A stretch of 64,000 nt of DNA from Mobula hypostoma. Lineage: Eukaryota. Under the pieces are notes generated by a model. The model saw only the letters and a program-made list of their open reading frames with translations. It did no database searches and had not been told where the DNA came from. Positions 22,905 to 35,624 of this stretch are shown piece after piece. The position numbers were made by a program, and so were the translations under genes. The DNA is taken from positions 219,606,001-219,670,000 of the forward strand of contig NC_086097.1 in assembly GCF_963921235.1 (NCBI RefSeq), read 5' to 3'. Position 1 is the stretch's first letter, and every line of letters starts with the position of its first letter.

Positions 22905-24968
22905 TCTTTGCATCATCAATGGGGACGGGAGAGGTTCTGGAGGATTGGAGGGTTGCAGATGTTGTTCCCTTATTCAAGAAAGGGAGTAGAGATAGCCCAG
23001 GAAATTATAAACCAGTGAGTCTTATTCAGTGGGTGGCAAATTGAGGGAGAAGATCCTGAGAGGCAGGATTTATGAACATTTGGAGAGGCATAATATGATT
23101 AGGAATAGTCATCATGACTTTGTCAAATGCAGATCGTGCCTTATGATCCTGATTGAATTTTTTGAGGATGTGACTAAACACATTGATGAAGGTGAAGCAG
23201 TAAATTTAATGTATATGGATTTCAGCAAGGCATTTGATATGGTACCACATGCAAGGCTTATTGAGAGAGTAAGGAGGCATGGGATCTAAGGGGACTTTGT
23301 TTTGTGGATCCAAAATTGGCTTGCCCACAGAAGGCAAAGAGTGGTTGTAGACAAGTCACAATCTTCATAGAGGTCAGTGACCAGTGGTGTGCCTCAGGGA
23401 TCTGTTCTGGGACCCTTACACTTCGCGATTTTTATGTGACCTGGATGAGGAAGTGGAGGGATGGGTTAGTACATTTGCTGATGACACAAAGGTTGGAGGT
23501 GTTGTGGATAGTGTGGAGGGCTGTCAGAGGTTACAGCGGGACATCGATAGGGTGCAAAACTGGGCTGAGAAGTGGCAGATGGAGTTCGACCCAGATAAGT
23601 GTGAGGTGGTTCATTTTGGTAGGTTAAATGTGATGGCAGAATATAGTATTAATGGTAAAACTCTTGGCAGTATGGAGGATCAGAGGGATCTTGGGGTCCG
23701 AGTCCATAGGACACTCGAAGCTACGCGCAGGTTGACTGTGTGGTTGAGAAGATATACAGTGTGTTGTCCTTCATCAACCGTGGGATTGAGTTCAAGAGTC
23801 GCAAAGTATTTTACAACTATATAGGATCCTGGTCAGACCCCACTTGGTGTACTGCGCTCAGTTTTTGTCACCTCACTACAAGAAAGGGTTCAGAGGAGAT
23901 TTACGAGGATGCTGTCTGGATTGGGGAGCATGCCGTATGAGAATAGAAACCATAGAAACCATAGAAAAACTACAACACAGAAACAGGCCTTTTGGCCCTT
24001 CTTGGCTGTGCCGAACCATTTTCTGCCTAGTCCCACTGAGCTGCACATGGACCATATCCCTCCATACACCTCCCATCCATGTATCTGTCCAATTTATTCT
24101 TAAATGTTAAAAAAGAACCCACATTTACCAACTCGTTTGGCAGCTCATTCCACACTCCCACCACTCTCTGTGTGAAGAAGCCCCCCCATAATGTTCCCTT
24201 TAAACTTTCCCCCCTCACCCTTTACCCATGTCCTCTGGTTTTTTCTCCCCTTGCCTCAGTGGAAAAAGCCTGCTTGCATTCACTCTATCTATACCCATCA
24301 TAATTTTATATCTCCCCTCATTCTTCTACGCTCCAGGGAATAAAGTCCTAACCTATTCAACCTTTCTCTGTAACTGAGTTTCTCAAGTCCCGGCAACATC
24401 CTTGTAAACCTTCTCTGCACTCTTTCAACCTAATTAATATCCTTCCTGTAATTTAGTGACCAAAACTGAACGCAATACTCCAGATTCGGCCTCACCAATG
24501 CCTTATACAACCTCATCATAACATTCCAGCTCTTATACTCAATACTTTGATTAATAAAGGCCAATGTTTAAGGCCAAAATAGGTTGAGTGAACTTGGCCT
24601 TTTCTCCTTGGAGCGACAGAGGATGAGAGGTGACCTGATAGAGGTGTATGAGATGATGAGAGGCATTGACTGTGTGGATAGTTAGAGGCTTTTCCCCAGG
24701 GTTGAAATGGCAGACACGAGAGGGCACAGTTTTAAGGTGCTTGGAAGTAGGTACAAAGAAGATGCCAGGGGTAAGATTTTTATGGCTAGAGTGGTGAGTG
24801 CGTGGAATGGTCTGCTGGCAACAGTGGTGAAGGTGGATACAATAGGGTCTTTTAAGAGACTCCTGGATAGGTACATGGAACTTCGAAAAATAGAGGGCCG
24901 AGGTAATTTGTGAAGAAAGTACATGGGCTGAAGGGCCTGTATTGTGCTGTAGGTTTTCTATGTTCTAT
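22905..24968 (+). mobile_element. CR1 LINE, RT domain to 3' end, with stops and frameshifts
   Basis: YMDFSKAFDMVPHARL; WVSTFADDTKVGGVVDSVEGCQRLQRDIDRVQNWAEKWQMEF; VVSAWNGL; tail ttctatgttctat. Confidence 0.95.
23947..24577 (-). mobile_element. CR1 3' fragment nested in opposite orientation
   Basis: FFTQRVVGVWNELP...FKNKLDRYMDGRCMEGYG; tail (agaaaccat)n; aatag on both sides (possible 5-bp TSD). Confidence 0.9.
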
Positions 24969-25064
24969 GTCTGTGGCCATGCAGCAGTTGGCAAAACTAT
25001 CCCACTGGTCTCCTGAAACTCGTACATCTGTACAGCTTTCCATAAGTCAGCATGTTTCTAACTT

Positions 25065-25615
25065 GGGGCTGAGGCTTTGTAAGGTACTCATGAGTCTGCA
25101 CTTGGAGTATTGTGAGCAGTTGTGGACTCCATATCTAAGAAAAGATGTGCTGATATTGCAAAGGGTCTAGAGGAGGTTCCCAAGAATGATCCTGGCAATA
25201 AATGGCTTAATGTATGAGTGCGTTTGATCACTCTAGGCTTGTGCTTGCTGGTATTTGGAAGAATGAGGGGGAAATCTCATTGAAACCTGTTGAATATTGA
25301 AAGGCTGAGATAGAGTGGACATGGAGAAGGCATAGTTTTAAACTAAAAGAATTTCTCTTTAGAACAGAGATGGGGAGGAATTTCTTTACTAGATGGTGGT
25401 GAATCTCTGGAATTCATTGCCACAGATGGCTGTGGAGGCCAAGACATTGGGTATATTTAAAATAGAGTTTGATAGGTTCTTGATTAGTAAGGGTGTCAAA
25501 GGTTACAGGGAGAAGGAAGAAGGATAATGTTGAGAGGGATCATAAATCAGCCATGATGGATTGGTGGAGCCACCTCAATGAGCCAATTGCCCTGATTCTG
25601 CTCCTATGTCTCATG
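25065..25615 (+). mobile_element. CR1 3' fragment
   Basis: LHLEYCEQLWTPYLRKDVLILQRV; 3' UTR ctgctcctatgtct. Confidence 0.9.
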
Positions 25616-26224
25616 TACTGTGGAAATTCAAATCCATTGTTATAAGTCACTTTTGATAATGCCTTAAAAGATGACTGAAACAGCTTAAGCAGATTATATA
25701 TATGTATATTCTGACTATTCAAGATAAATTATAGATTGCCGTCATATGACCTTTACATATAACCTTTAATTCTTTTTAAAGCCAACACCCAGCATTCCCC
25801 ATCTTTGTAGAGCAATTTGGAACATCTTAACAGAAGTGTGTCACGTCACCAGCATGACCTCAGCCTCAAAACTTCCATTCCAGTGCAATTGTAATCCAAC
25901 TGGCCTGCAATGGGCACACATCGGGGCTCATTGTGAGTATTGGCCAAAGGGAAGAGGAAGTCCCAGCATTCCTTACTGTGATTTTTCCCAATTTCTCATT
26001 TTAATTGAGAAGCTTCTAACAATAATCATGGTAGTTCTGTGGGGGAAAATGTAACAACCTTTTGTGAGGGAAAAATGACTACCTACTGTCACCATCCGTA
26101 CTTTGCGCTTTAAAACGTTCCTGCATTACCAGTTCTATTTTGCATTGGAATGTGATTGCAATAATTGTATAAATTTTCAAACTTGATCAAGTGAGGTAAT
26201 TACAACTGGGAATTCATTCAGCCA

Positions 26225-26465
26225 CCACGATTGTAAAGAGACGATGAGTACCTGGAATGTGTTGCTAGGTATAGTAGTGGAGGTAAGTACAACGGAGATG
26301 TTTAAAAGCTCTCCTTAGACAGGCACATTGAAATGCAGAACATGGAGACATACAGATATTGTATAGACTGAAGAGATTAGTTCATTAGGCATTCAACTCT
26401 AGTTTTGTTTACAATGCTGTGGGCCGAAGGACCTGTTTCTGTGCCAGGTTGTTCTGTGTATAATG
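26225..26465 (+). mobile_element. CR1 3' terminal fragment
   Basis: cctggaatgtgttgc...gtgggccgaaggacctgtttctgtg. Confidence 0.75.
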
Positions 26466-28539
26466 TTTTAAAAGTCTCCAAATCTGCCTTGCCAGAGAGA
26501 TGAAAAAAGATCTTCTCTTTGCTCATCTCATTCATTTCAATTAATTGCTCTGGCAACCTGCTATTCCACTCCAAGGTAGTATCAGGACCACAGAGACATT
26601 CTCAGCATTCCTGCACCGTGGCTGGAGGGATCTAGTAAGATTTTCTTTCAGTAGTGCCATTGAGTAAGTGGTGGATCTTGAGATTAGGAACACTGGCAGA
26701 GGGATGGCAGAAAGATGCTGGTGAGCTTCCCTTGTTAATGAAGACAGAGCAGTCACTGAAAGGAAGGGCTCTCCGTGGCAGAGTACATACGTGCTGTGTA
26801 AAGGGTAGGTACATTTCTTTCGTACTCATGACTGCTGCCCCTCCTCCAGACAAAGATGTGCCACTCAATTACTGATGACTGTATCAGTAAATGAGCCGCC
26901 AGTTACAACATTAAGGAAATGCTAAAGGGTTGAAAGGTAGAAGACCATTAATGGTAATTCCCTAAAAGGCAAATCGCAGGTATAAGGCAGCTTTGGCAGC
27001 AATAGCACAGTCTACCTCAAATTCTCCCAGCTGTCTGTAATTTCTACATTTGCATCTTCTACAGATGTTGTCGGATGTGTAGCTATCCTTTTTTTTAAAA
27101 AAAAAAGCAGTAGTGTTGGATGCAGAGCTGATAAGTGTGTAACAAAGTGAAAACATTAAAAGCAATCTTTGCCCATGCTCAGCACTTACTCCAGGTGAAA
27201 AGTGAGGGAGGGAATGCTCTCCTCATGCACTGTGCACAGGCCTGCAACTGCTTCTAGCCCAGGGCAAGTTGTACACCCAGTCTAACCAAGGCCAGCAAAA
27301 CTTCAGTAATCCTTCAGAGTGATTGTGAGTTAAAGTCAACACCCTTTTCCTTAGACTAAGTAAACTGGAAAGGAGAGCCGGGAAAATGCGTCCCTAAATT
27401 TTTTTGTGAGTTCAGATAACCCCATTCCATTTCTGAATTGTTTGACAGTCTTCTTAGGCCGCCCCTTTTGAGGTGGCTGAAGTGGAGCCCAGAGACTTGT
27501 CTACAGGTGAGACAAGAGGAGCTTTTGATGAGATTTTGAGTTGGTAGTTTGGGTGGTGGTGTATTATTTGCTGTGGGGTTTGTGTGCTTTGGCTCAGTTT
27601 TCTCAACATTAACTCAACTGCCACTTCTCCAATTTTGAACAGTCATGAACCAGGGATGCCTTAGAGTAGTAAAGGATCTTACGTTTTTTCAAGGAGAGTT
27701 TGAGAACTTCCTTGAAAATTTTCTTTTGTCCATCTGTAACCTCTTGCCCTGAAAGAGCATGGTAAAGAGTCCTAAATCTGAAACTCTTCCACCATCCAAA
27801 GTAATAATGTTAATGTTGCTGTATGACTGTATAATTACTGAATTAGAGACTGGAATCCTATCTGTTGCATTTTTTTTCACTGTGAAAGAGTTAACCTTCA
27901 CTACTTATTAGCATTTGGGCCACTGGAATAAGCTGCAAGATAAAATTTATATCTGTACAAACTGAGATCTGCAATATTATTTTGAAGGTTTCGTGTTAAA
28001 ATAACCTCAAAATTCTTTGTGATGTCAGGGCGGAAACAGGTTTTGCTTTGGGCTGCTCATCTAATGATCACTGCTGATAGAAATAATGTATTTACATTCA
28101 GCCAGAGGTAATTCTGTTACTAAACTTGCAATTCCAGCCCTTTCTTGCTTTGGGTAAACATGCATGACATTCATTTAACTTGTGCCAACCAAAACAACTT
28201 TTAATGATCTACCTGACTGAACAGAAGCAGCTGGGAACTAACCAACTGTCAATTTATAAAAACAGCTTTTTTCCCTTCAAAGCTTCTTTCCCTGACTTTG
28301 CCTCTTCCTCATCATGTGATGTTAGAACAGAAGAATTTTTGGTTTTCTTCACTAAAGGTGTTGAATTTGTAATGTCATACATGCTTCCCTGTAAGTGCAG
28401 TGTAAAGAAAGGGATTTAAGAGATTAGAAGCTGCTTGACAGTTGTATTGAGAGAGCAGAAGGCATATTTCATGAATGGAATAAATGTAGAGAGAACAAGT
28501 CAGAGAAAAGGCAGATGCAGACTTTGGGGAATTCAGAGA

Positions 28540-29085
28540 GCCTTCTTCTCATTAATACCATTGGGGGTAGGTATTGGAGCCTGAAGACACACATTCAAGT
28601 TCAGGTTTAATTATCATTCAACCATATGTGAATACCCATGAATACAGCCAAATGAAACAGCATTATTCTGGGCCCAAGGTGCAAAACACAATACCAATAG
28701 TCATACATGGCACAAAGCACATATAAGATAGAAGTAGACATATAGTCACACAATAAAAAAGTATATAGCCCAAATCCCTGAGGGACATATCCTGTAAATT
28801 GATGACGCATGAGCATTAGTGAGAAGAACAAGCAGTTCTCAGCAGTCCGCAGATGAAAGTCAGCACGCACGCACAATGTTTTAATAACAACTTCTTCCTC
28901 TCCCCAGCAGATTTCTGAAATGCCAGTGAAGCCATGAACACTAACTCACTATTTTTCCTCTTTTCGCACTGTTTATTTATATTGTAATTCATAATATATT
29001 TTATATATTGCACTACACTACTGCCATAAAACATATTTCAAGACCTACATCGGTGATAACAAACGTGATTCTGCTTCTGATTCTG
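28540..29085. mobile_element. Rex1-type 3' UTR fragments: + copy interrupted by a - copy at about 28595-28860
   Basis: ggagcctgaagacacaca resumes at cacgcacaatgttttaataacaacttcttcc; tail ggtgataacaaacgtgattctg. Confidence 0.65.
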
Positions 29086-29914
29086 GAGGAAGGGATTAGG
29101 GACCACTGGGTTTGAAACAAACCAGTAATGATAGAGCTCAGTAAAATGGAAGTTGTGCAAAAGGCAAGTTTATATGTTGTCTAACTTATCATCACACCAC
29201 ATCTGGCGATGTGTCCCTTCTCAATTGTACAGTAGGCATGCAGGATCAAAGTTATGGCTATACTGATCCGTGAAGGAGTGTGGGGGGAGGATGCAAAAGA
29301 TAAAATGTGATGTGAGTAGGACATTTTGGCCCCATTGTGCCTACTCTGCTATTTAATATGCTGTGGGTAATCTTTAACTTCAGTGCCACGATGATGGACC
29401 AACCCTTGATTCCTTTAATATTTTAAAACCTATCAAATTTGGCTTGAATTTACTCAGCAATTGGGCCTCTTGGGTGTGAATTTCCATTACCTTCTAGGTG
29501 AAGATGTTGCTTTTTATCTCTGCCCCCTGAATGGACAGCCAACTCCAGGGAACATTAAGCACATGTCTGTCCTCAAAAGAATTCAATGTTCAAAGTAAAT
29601 TTAAAGTACATATATGTCACCATTTGCTACTCTGAGTTTCATTTTCTTGCAGGCATACTCAATAAATCCATAATATTGAGTATAATTGAGTTCTGCCATT
29701 CTGTTCTTTCTTGGTTTCATGACTATCTGGAGAAGAAGAATTACAGAGTTTTATACTTTGATACTAAATTAACCTTTGAACCTTAATAGAATAATAACCA
29801 TAATAGAATCAATGAAAGACCACACCAACTAGGTGTTCAAAAGACACAATCTGAAGAAATACAAAAGAAATAAATAATAATAAATAAATAAATAAATAAA
29901 CAGCAAATGTCCAG

Positions 29915-30252
29915 TTATTCCCCTACCTAGACTCAAGTGAGTACCCCCCCCCGTCTTTCTCCCTAGGCCTCCTGTCCCACGATCCTCTCGTATCCCCTTT
30001 TGCCTATCACCTGTCCAGCTCTCGGCTCTGTCCCTCCCCCTCCTGTCTTCTCCTATCATTTTGCATCTCCCCCTCCCCCTCCAGCTTTCAAATCCCTTAC
30101 TCACTCTTCCTTCAGTTAGTCCTGACGAAGGGTCTCGGCCTGAAACGTCGACTGCGCCTCTTCCTAGAGATGCTGCCTGGCCTGCTGCGTTCACCAGCAA
30201 CTTTGATGTGTGTTGCTTGAATTTCCAGCATCTGCAGAATTCCTGTTGTTTA
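29915..30252 (+). mobile_element. Young Penelope-like 3' module inserted at a Rex1-type 3' UTR remnant (about 29582-29910, - strand)
   Basis: Pyrimidine-rich UTR, hammerhead motif, then gatgctgcctggcctgctgcgttcaccagcaac...; near-identical to the reverse complement of 33857-34080. Confidence 0.9.
30118..30153 (+). ncRNA. Minimal type I hammerhead ribozyme motif (PLE-type, dimer-dependent)
   Basis: AGTC (stem I), CTGACGA (30122-30128), AGG...CCT (stem II), GAAAC (30142-30146), GTC cleavage triplet (30147-30149), GACT (stem I partner); stem III is the loopless palindrome ACGT. Confidence 0.8.
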
Positions 30253-30629
30253 CATGTCCAATTTGTTGAATCTCTCTTCATGCATCACACACCAGGAATA
30301 AATCTGATGAATTATTGTGTCACTTACAGAACTGCAGTTGAAAAAGCAGAATTAAACTTTTACTGGAGATAGACATGTGGAAAGTAGAGATGGTGGGTGG
30401 GTATTAGTTGATGAAATCAACAGCCACAGACTTTCATGCTGATAGGTGGCCAAAACCTGAGCAGCTGAGAGCTTGGTGAATTCCAGGGTTGGGTGGTGGT
30501 GGGTGGTGAATTGTGAATAAGAAATGGCATTAAGCAAGGAAAGAGGAAGTGGTGGGTGAAGGAAGGAAGTGGTTGGAGAAGAATTGCCATTGTATCAGAT
30601 CATCTTATGATTAATCTCACGATTAGCAC

Positions 30630-30870
30630 TGAAAATTTCTGAGCCTTATTTTCAAATCCTTTTATGGTCTCACCACCTCCACATGTACCCTAACCTCACC
30701 TCCGACACAGTCAACCACTCCCCCAACTTATCTGCTTTCTTAACCATGAGGATCTTAATTACATTATCATTTGCGCCACCAGCTCTATAAATGGGAAGCT
30801 CTGGAATTATTTCCCTCCCCCCCCCCTTTCCTCATTAAAGGTATTCTTAAACCCATTCCTCTCATCAGAC
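30630..30870 (+). mobile_element. L2-type LINE remnant
   Basis: ccttattttcaaatcc...aagctctggaatt...; homologous to 1305-1640. Confidence 0.45.
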
Positions 30871-30999
30871 AAAGATAAACACAGAAAATTATGGAAGTAC
30901 CAAGAGTATTGGGCCAATTCCGATGAACGGTGCTGTCTGATCAACTTGATAGTCCAGTATTTTCTACTATCGTATAACATTTTGCTTCTGGATTTCTGC

Positions 31000-32150
31000 T
31001 CAGCCTAACAGCATGACAGGCAGTAATGCTTCACTCCCTGCTGAACTCGATGTCCTTTATGCACGCTTTGAAAGGGAGAATAATCCTGCACCCGTGTGAA
31101 TCCCCACTGCTTCCAGTGACCTGTGATTTCTGCCAATGTCCGAAGAGCCTTCAAGAAGGTGAACCCTCTCTAGGCATCAGGTCCTGACAGTTTACTGAAA
31201 ACTTGTGTAGACCTATGGAACGTTCAAGAATATTTTTAACCTCTCAATGCTCCGGTCTGAGGTTTACTGCTACTTCAAGAGGGCAGCAATCATTCCAGTG
31301 CCCAAGAAGAGCAGGGTGAGCTGCCTCAGTGACTATCACCCAGTAGTACTTACATCTGCTGGAATTAACTCCTGTCTGAGGAAGGACCCTGGACCCACTG
31401 CAGTTTGACTAGCACTGCAACAGCTTATATAAACTCACTGGCTCACCGCTCTGCTTTGGACAACTGCAGGGCATAAGTCAGGCTACTGTTTATTGATTAT
31501 GGCTCAGCAATCAAGACCATCAGTCCCTCAGTAATCAGGCTTCAAAACCTGGATGTCAGTGCCTCCCTCTCAAACTGGATCCTCAGCTTCTAGTCAGGGA
31601 AGACTATAGTCAGTGCAGGGAAGTAAAAACATCTTCGCCTCATTGACTATCAACCCAGGCACATCTCAAGGATGAGTGCTTAGCACACTGCTCCACGCTC
31701 ACTCATGATTGTGTGGCTAAGCACAGCTCAAAAGCCATTCATAAATTCACTGATGACACTGCTGTTGATAGAAAATCAGATGATGAGGAGGAGGTTTACA
31801 GGAATGAGATAGATCAGCTGGACTGTTGGTGTTGCAACAGCAGCCTTGTACTTAACATCAGCAAGACCAAGGAACTGATTGTGGACGTCAGGAAGGGGAA
31901 GTCAAGAGATCACACCCCAATCCTGAAGGCTCAGTGGTGGAAAGGGTAATCAGCTTCAAGTTCCTGGGTGTCAACATGCCAGAGGATGACGCAAGCCAAC
32001 ACGTTGATGCAACCACAAAGAGGGCACGCCAGCAGCTGAGCTTGAAGAAAATTGAGATGCCACCAAAGACTCTCACAAGTTTCTATAGATGTAAGGTGGA
32101 AAGCATTATGACTGGTTGCATCATAGCCTATTATGTGATGGCTCTAATGC
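31000..32150 (+). mobile_element. Rex1/Babar RT fragment lacking its 3' end
   Basis: AKHSSKAIHKFTDD...LNISKTKELIVDVRK; VERVISFKFLGVN. Confidence 0.9.
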
Positions 32151-32945
32151 AAAGAGTCCTTGGTGACATACCAAGTCTCCCCAAACTCCGAATGAAATAC
32201 AGCCGCTGTTGTGCCTTCCTTGTACTTGCATCAATATGTTGGGCCCAGGATAGATCTTCGGAGATATTGGCACCCAGGAACTTAAAACTGCTCACCCCTT
32301 CCACCGTGATCCCTCGATGAGGACTGTTGCGCGTTCCTTCGGCATGACCTTCTGGAAGTTCACAATCAATTCCTTGGTCTTACTGACGTTGAGTGCAAGG
32401 CTGTCATTGCAACACCACTCAACCAGCTGATCTTTCTTGCTGCTGAATGCCTTCTCGCCACCATCTAAAATTTTGCCAGCAATAATTGTGTCATCAGCAA
32501 ATTTATAGCTGGCTTTTGAGCTGTGCCTAGCCACACAGTCATAGGTGTAGAGGGAGTAGAGCAGTGGACTAATCACATATCTTTGAGGTGCACCAGTGTT
32601 GACTGTCAGTGAGAAGGAAATGTTATTTTCGATCAAGGATCTAGTTGTAGAGGGGGGTACAGAGGCCCTGATTTTCGAGCTTCTTGATTAATACTGAGGG
32701 TATGATGTTGTCGAATGCTGAGCTGTATGCAGTAACCAGCAGCCTGACATACTGTAGGTATTGCTATTGTCCAAGTAATCCAAGATTGAGTAGGGAGCCA
32801 GTGAGAGTGTATTAGGGTTGCAAATCCGCTGTAGACCTATTGCAGTGATGGACAAATTGCAGCGGGTCCAAGTCCTTACTTAGCAGGAGTTGCTTCTGAC
32901 CATGACCAACCTCTGAAAGAACTTCATCACAATTAATGTGAGTTG
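32151..32945 (-). mobile_element. Rex1/Babar RT fragment abutting the previous copy tail-to-tail
   Basis: LTVNTGAPQRYVISPLLYSLYTYDCVARHSSKASYKFADD...LNVSKTKELIVNF. Confidence 0.9.
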
Positions 32946-33644
32946 TTGAGATTTCTCCTTGGGCAGACTGGTAAAAGCTTAATTTAATCCCTTCAAGATC
33001 TCAACCCAACAATTCTGGTCTTTTGCGTTTCCCTGATTTTGAAGTTGATTTTAATTTTAATCTGGGAGCTATGCCTCTGGATTTTGAAGTCTACAGCCTG
33101 AAAGTCCCCTGTTAAACCTTTCCACTCTCAATCTCTCTTCTCTCTTCAAAGACATGCATGTAAACCAATCTCCTTGACCAAGCTTGGTTTTGGTCTTGTG
33201 TGGCTTGGTACCACTTTCTTTGTACTTTTATAGTACTTTAGGAGTGTAATTTGTTCTGATGAAGAGAAATTCTCAGTTTCTATGTTCTCTTTTCAGCTAC
33301 AGTGAAATAACTTGATTCCGAATATGAGAGAATGTAGCTGAATTTATGTTTATCAAAGACTAACTGAAAGGTGACAGGTTTGTGCAGTAATTGGTGCTGC
33401 TGCCTTGCAATTTCAGCTGACCTCCGATGAAATCTGTGCAGATTCTGTACCTGCTTGCCATGACTGTATGGATTTCCTCTGAATGCTTCAGTTTCCCCCC
33501 ACATTCCAGCGGGTTACTTGACAACTGTAAATCACCCCTTAATGTGGGTAAGGACCAAAATAGATCCAAAGGCAATTGATTGGCTCATGTAAAATAATAA
33601 ATTGCAGAGACAGCAGAAAATGAGAGGGAGAATGAATTAATGAA

Positions 33645-33835
33645 TTTTGTATGTTCTCCCTGTGACCACATGGGTTTCCTCCGGGTTCTTCGGGTTTCTC
33701 CCACAGTCTGAACACGTTCTGATTGGTCGTTGTAAATTGTCCAGTGACTCGGCTTGGATTAAATCAGGGTTTGCTGGGCGGCATGGCTCGAAAGGCCGGA
33801 AGGGCCCGTTCTGCATTGTATCTCAATAAATTTTA
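33645..33835 (+). mobile_element. V-SINE 3' part
   Basis: tttgtatgttctccctgtgaccacatgggtttcctccggg...ggccggaagggcc...atctcaataaa. Confidence 0.8.
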
Positions 33836-33856
33836 AAAAAATAAACTAAATGGCCT

Positions 33857-34491
33857 CACACATCAAAGTTGCTGGTGAACGCAGCAGGCCAGGCAGCATC
33901 TCTAGGAAGAGGTACAGTCGATGTTTCGGACCGAGACCCTTCGTCAGGACTAACTGAAAGAACAGTTAGTAAGAGATTTGAAAGCGAGAGGGGGAGGGAT
34001 GGAGCCAAGAGCTGGACAGTTGATAGGTAAAAGGGATATGAGAGGATCATGGGACAGGAGGCCTAGGGAGAAAAAAAAGGGGGAGGGGGGAAGCCCAGAG
34101 GATGGGCAAGGGGTATAGTGAGAGGGACAGAGGGAGAAAAAGGAGAGAGAGAGAGAAAAAGAACGTGTATATAAATAAATAAATAATGGATGGGGTACAA
34201 GGGGGAGGTGGGGCATTAGCGGAAGTTTGAGAAGTTAATGTTCATGCCATCAGGTTGGAGGCTACCCAGATGGAATATAAGGTGTCGTTCCTCCAACCTG
34301 AGTGTGGCTTCATCTTGACAGTAGAGGAGGCCGTGGACAGACATATCAGAATGGGAATGGGACGTGGAATTAAAATGTGTGGCCACTGGGAGATCCTGCT
34401 TCCTCTGGCGGACAGAGCAGAGGTGTTCAGCGAAACGATCTCCCAGTCTGCATCGGATCTCGCCAATATATAGAAGGCCGCATCGGGAGCA
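33857..34491 (-). mobile_element. Penelope-like element, 5'-truncated: GIY-YIG C-terminus, 3' UTR and hammerhead motif
   Basis: Core CTGACGA at 33947-33941, then GAAAC ATC GACT (CpG decay in stem III); coding part listed separately. Confidence 0.92.
34216..34491 (-). pseudogene. GIY-YIG endonuclease C-terminal fragment of the Penelope-like ORF (open, no start codon; absent from the ORF track)
   Basis: Hand translation: CSRCGLLYIGEIRCRLGDRFAEHLCSVRQRKQDLPVATHFNSTSHSHSDMSVHGLLYCQDEATLRLEERHLIFHLGSLQPDGMNINFSNFR*. Confidence 0.9.
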
Positions 34492-35391
34492 CTAGAAGGC
34501 CTCATAGGCACATGGCCTTTTATGTATTGTTCTAACATATACTGTATATTTAAAACATCCTGGTCTAAGCTTCTTCATTATTTCAATACAGAAGGAAAAC
34601 CATTTCAGGTCAAGTCAGATTTTGATTTTGAACAATTCAAAACTCGGATATCTTGGGGTCAAATATAAGTTCATTCACCAGCAGGTATGAGATGACAACA
34701 GCCCAAAATTCACTCAGGATATTTGCTTTTTCCAGGGGTTCATAAAAGGGCTGCTCCTGGGCATTTCAAAGCCAGGTACTTTTTTTCTAGCCTGCGTGGG
34801 GAGAACGGCCACTTGCACGAAATGTCAAAGGGCTGCTCATTCTCAAAAACTACTCTTGGCGTAAGTCATTAGCTTAAGCAGAGGGCGGTTAGAATTGAAT
34901 AGAAAACATTCACTACTCTGATGTTAGAAGAAAACCTGCAAGATAATGCAAATGCATTTCTCAAAGGGTTCCCATATTGATGTTTTACTGCTGCTGGGGT
35001 TCCTGTGTGCTAGGGATAAAACCAGCTTAGATTTTCTAACACTGGGGCTATGTCATAAATTACAGAAAGTGAAAGGCACTTTCTATAAAAAGAACCAAAA
35101 TTATAGATGATGGATCGTACACAGGACATTTGCAGCCACTCTCACGTTAATTGCTTTGGTTATTGAAAGAGGCACTTGCTGCAGGCAGGTAGACCAACTG
35201 CTTTTTATGGGGTTGTTACCATGGTTCCCTTCTGGCATAAAATGAATCTGTTTTCTTGGCTTGCTTCTGTCATGGTAAGCAGTTATATTACTCTGAGATG
35301 GGATGAATGGGTAATGATTGATTGTTGTGTTAGTACCAGTGATATTTAGTATAATCAGAACACTAAAGACAATAAGAATTTATGTATCATT

Positions 35392-35463
35392 TGCAACCTG
35401 GGGTTCATGGACCCCTCGGATAATAGTGGGGGTCCATGGCATAAAACAGTTTGGGAACCCCTG
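35392..35463 (-). mobile_element. Short hAT-type MITE
   Basis: caacctggggttcatggacccc...ggtccatggcataaaa...ttgggaacccctg; CAGGGGTTCCCAA-type terminus. Confidence 0.65.
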
Positions 35464-35624
35464 ATTTAGATCAATATAGTTCACTTTAATAGCTGATATC
35501 CTCACTACTTTCTACTTGTTCTTCAACAAAAATATCAATGCTAATCATAAAAACGTTGTGAAGCTATTGGTTCTTCTGTTGATTCTGCACAATTCCTAAC
35601 TATCCTTTACCTCTACCAACTGAG

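Noticed and set aside
29829..30372. 150-aa and 103-aa ORFs
   Set aside because: Chance reads through the non-coding Penelope 3' module
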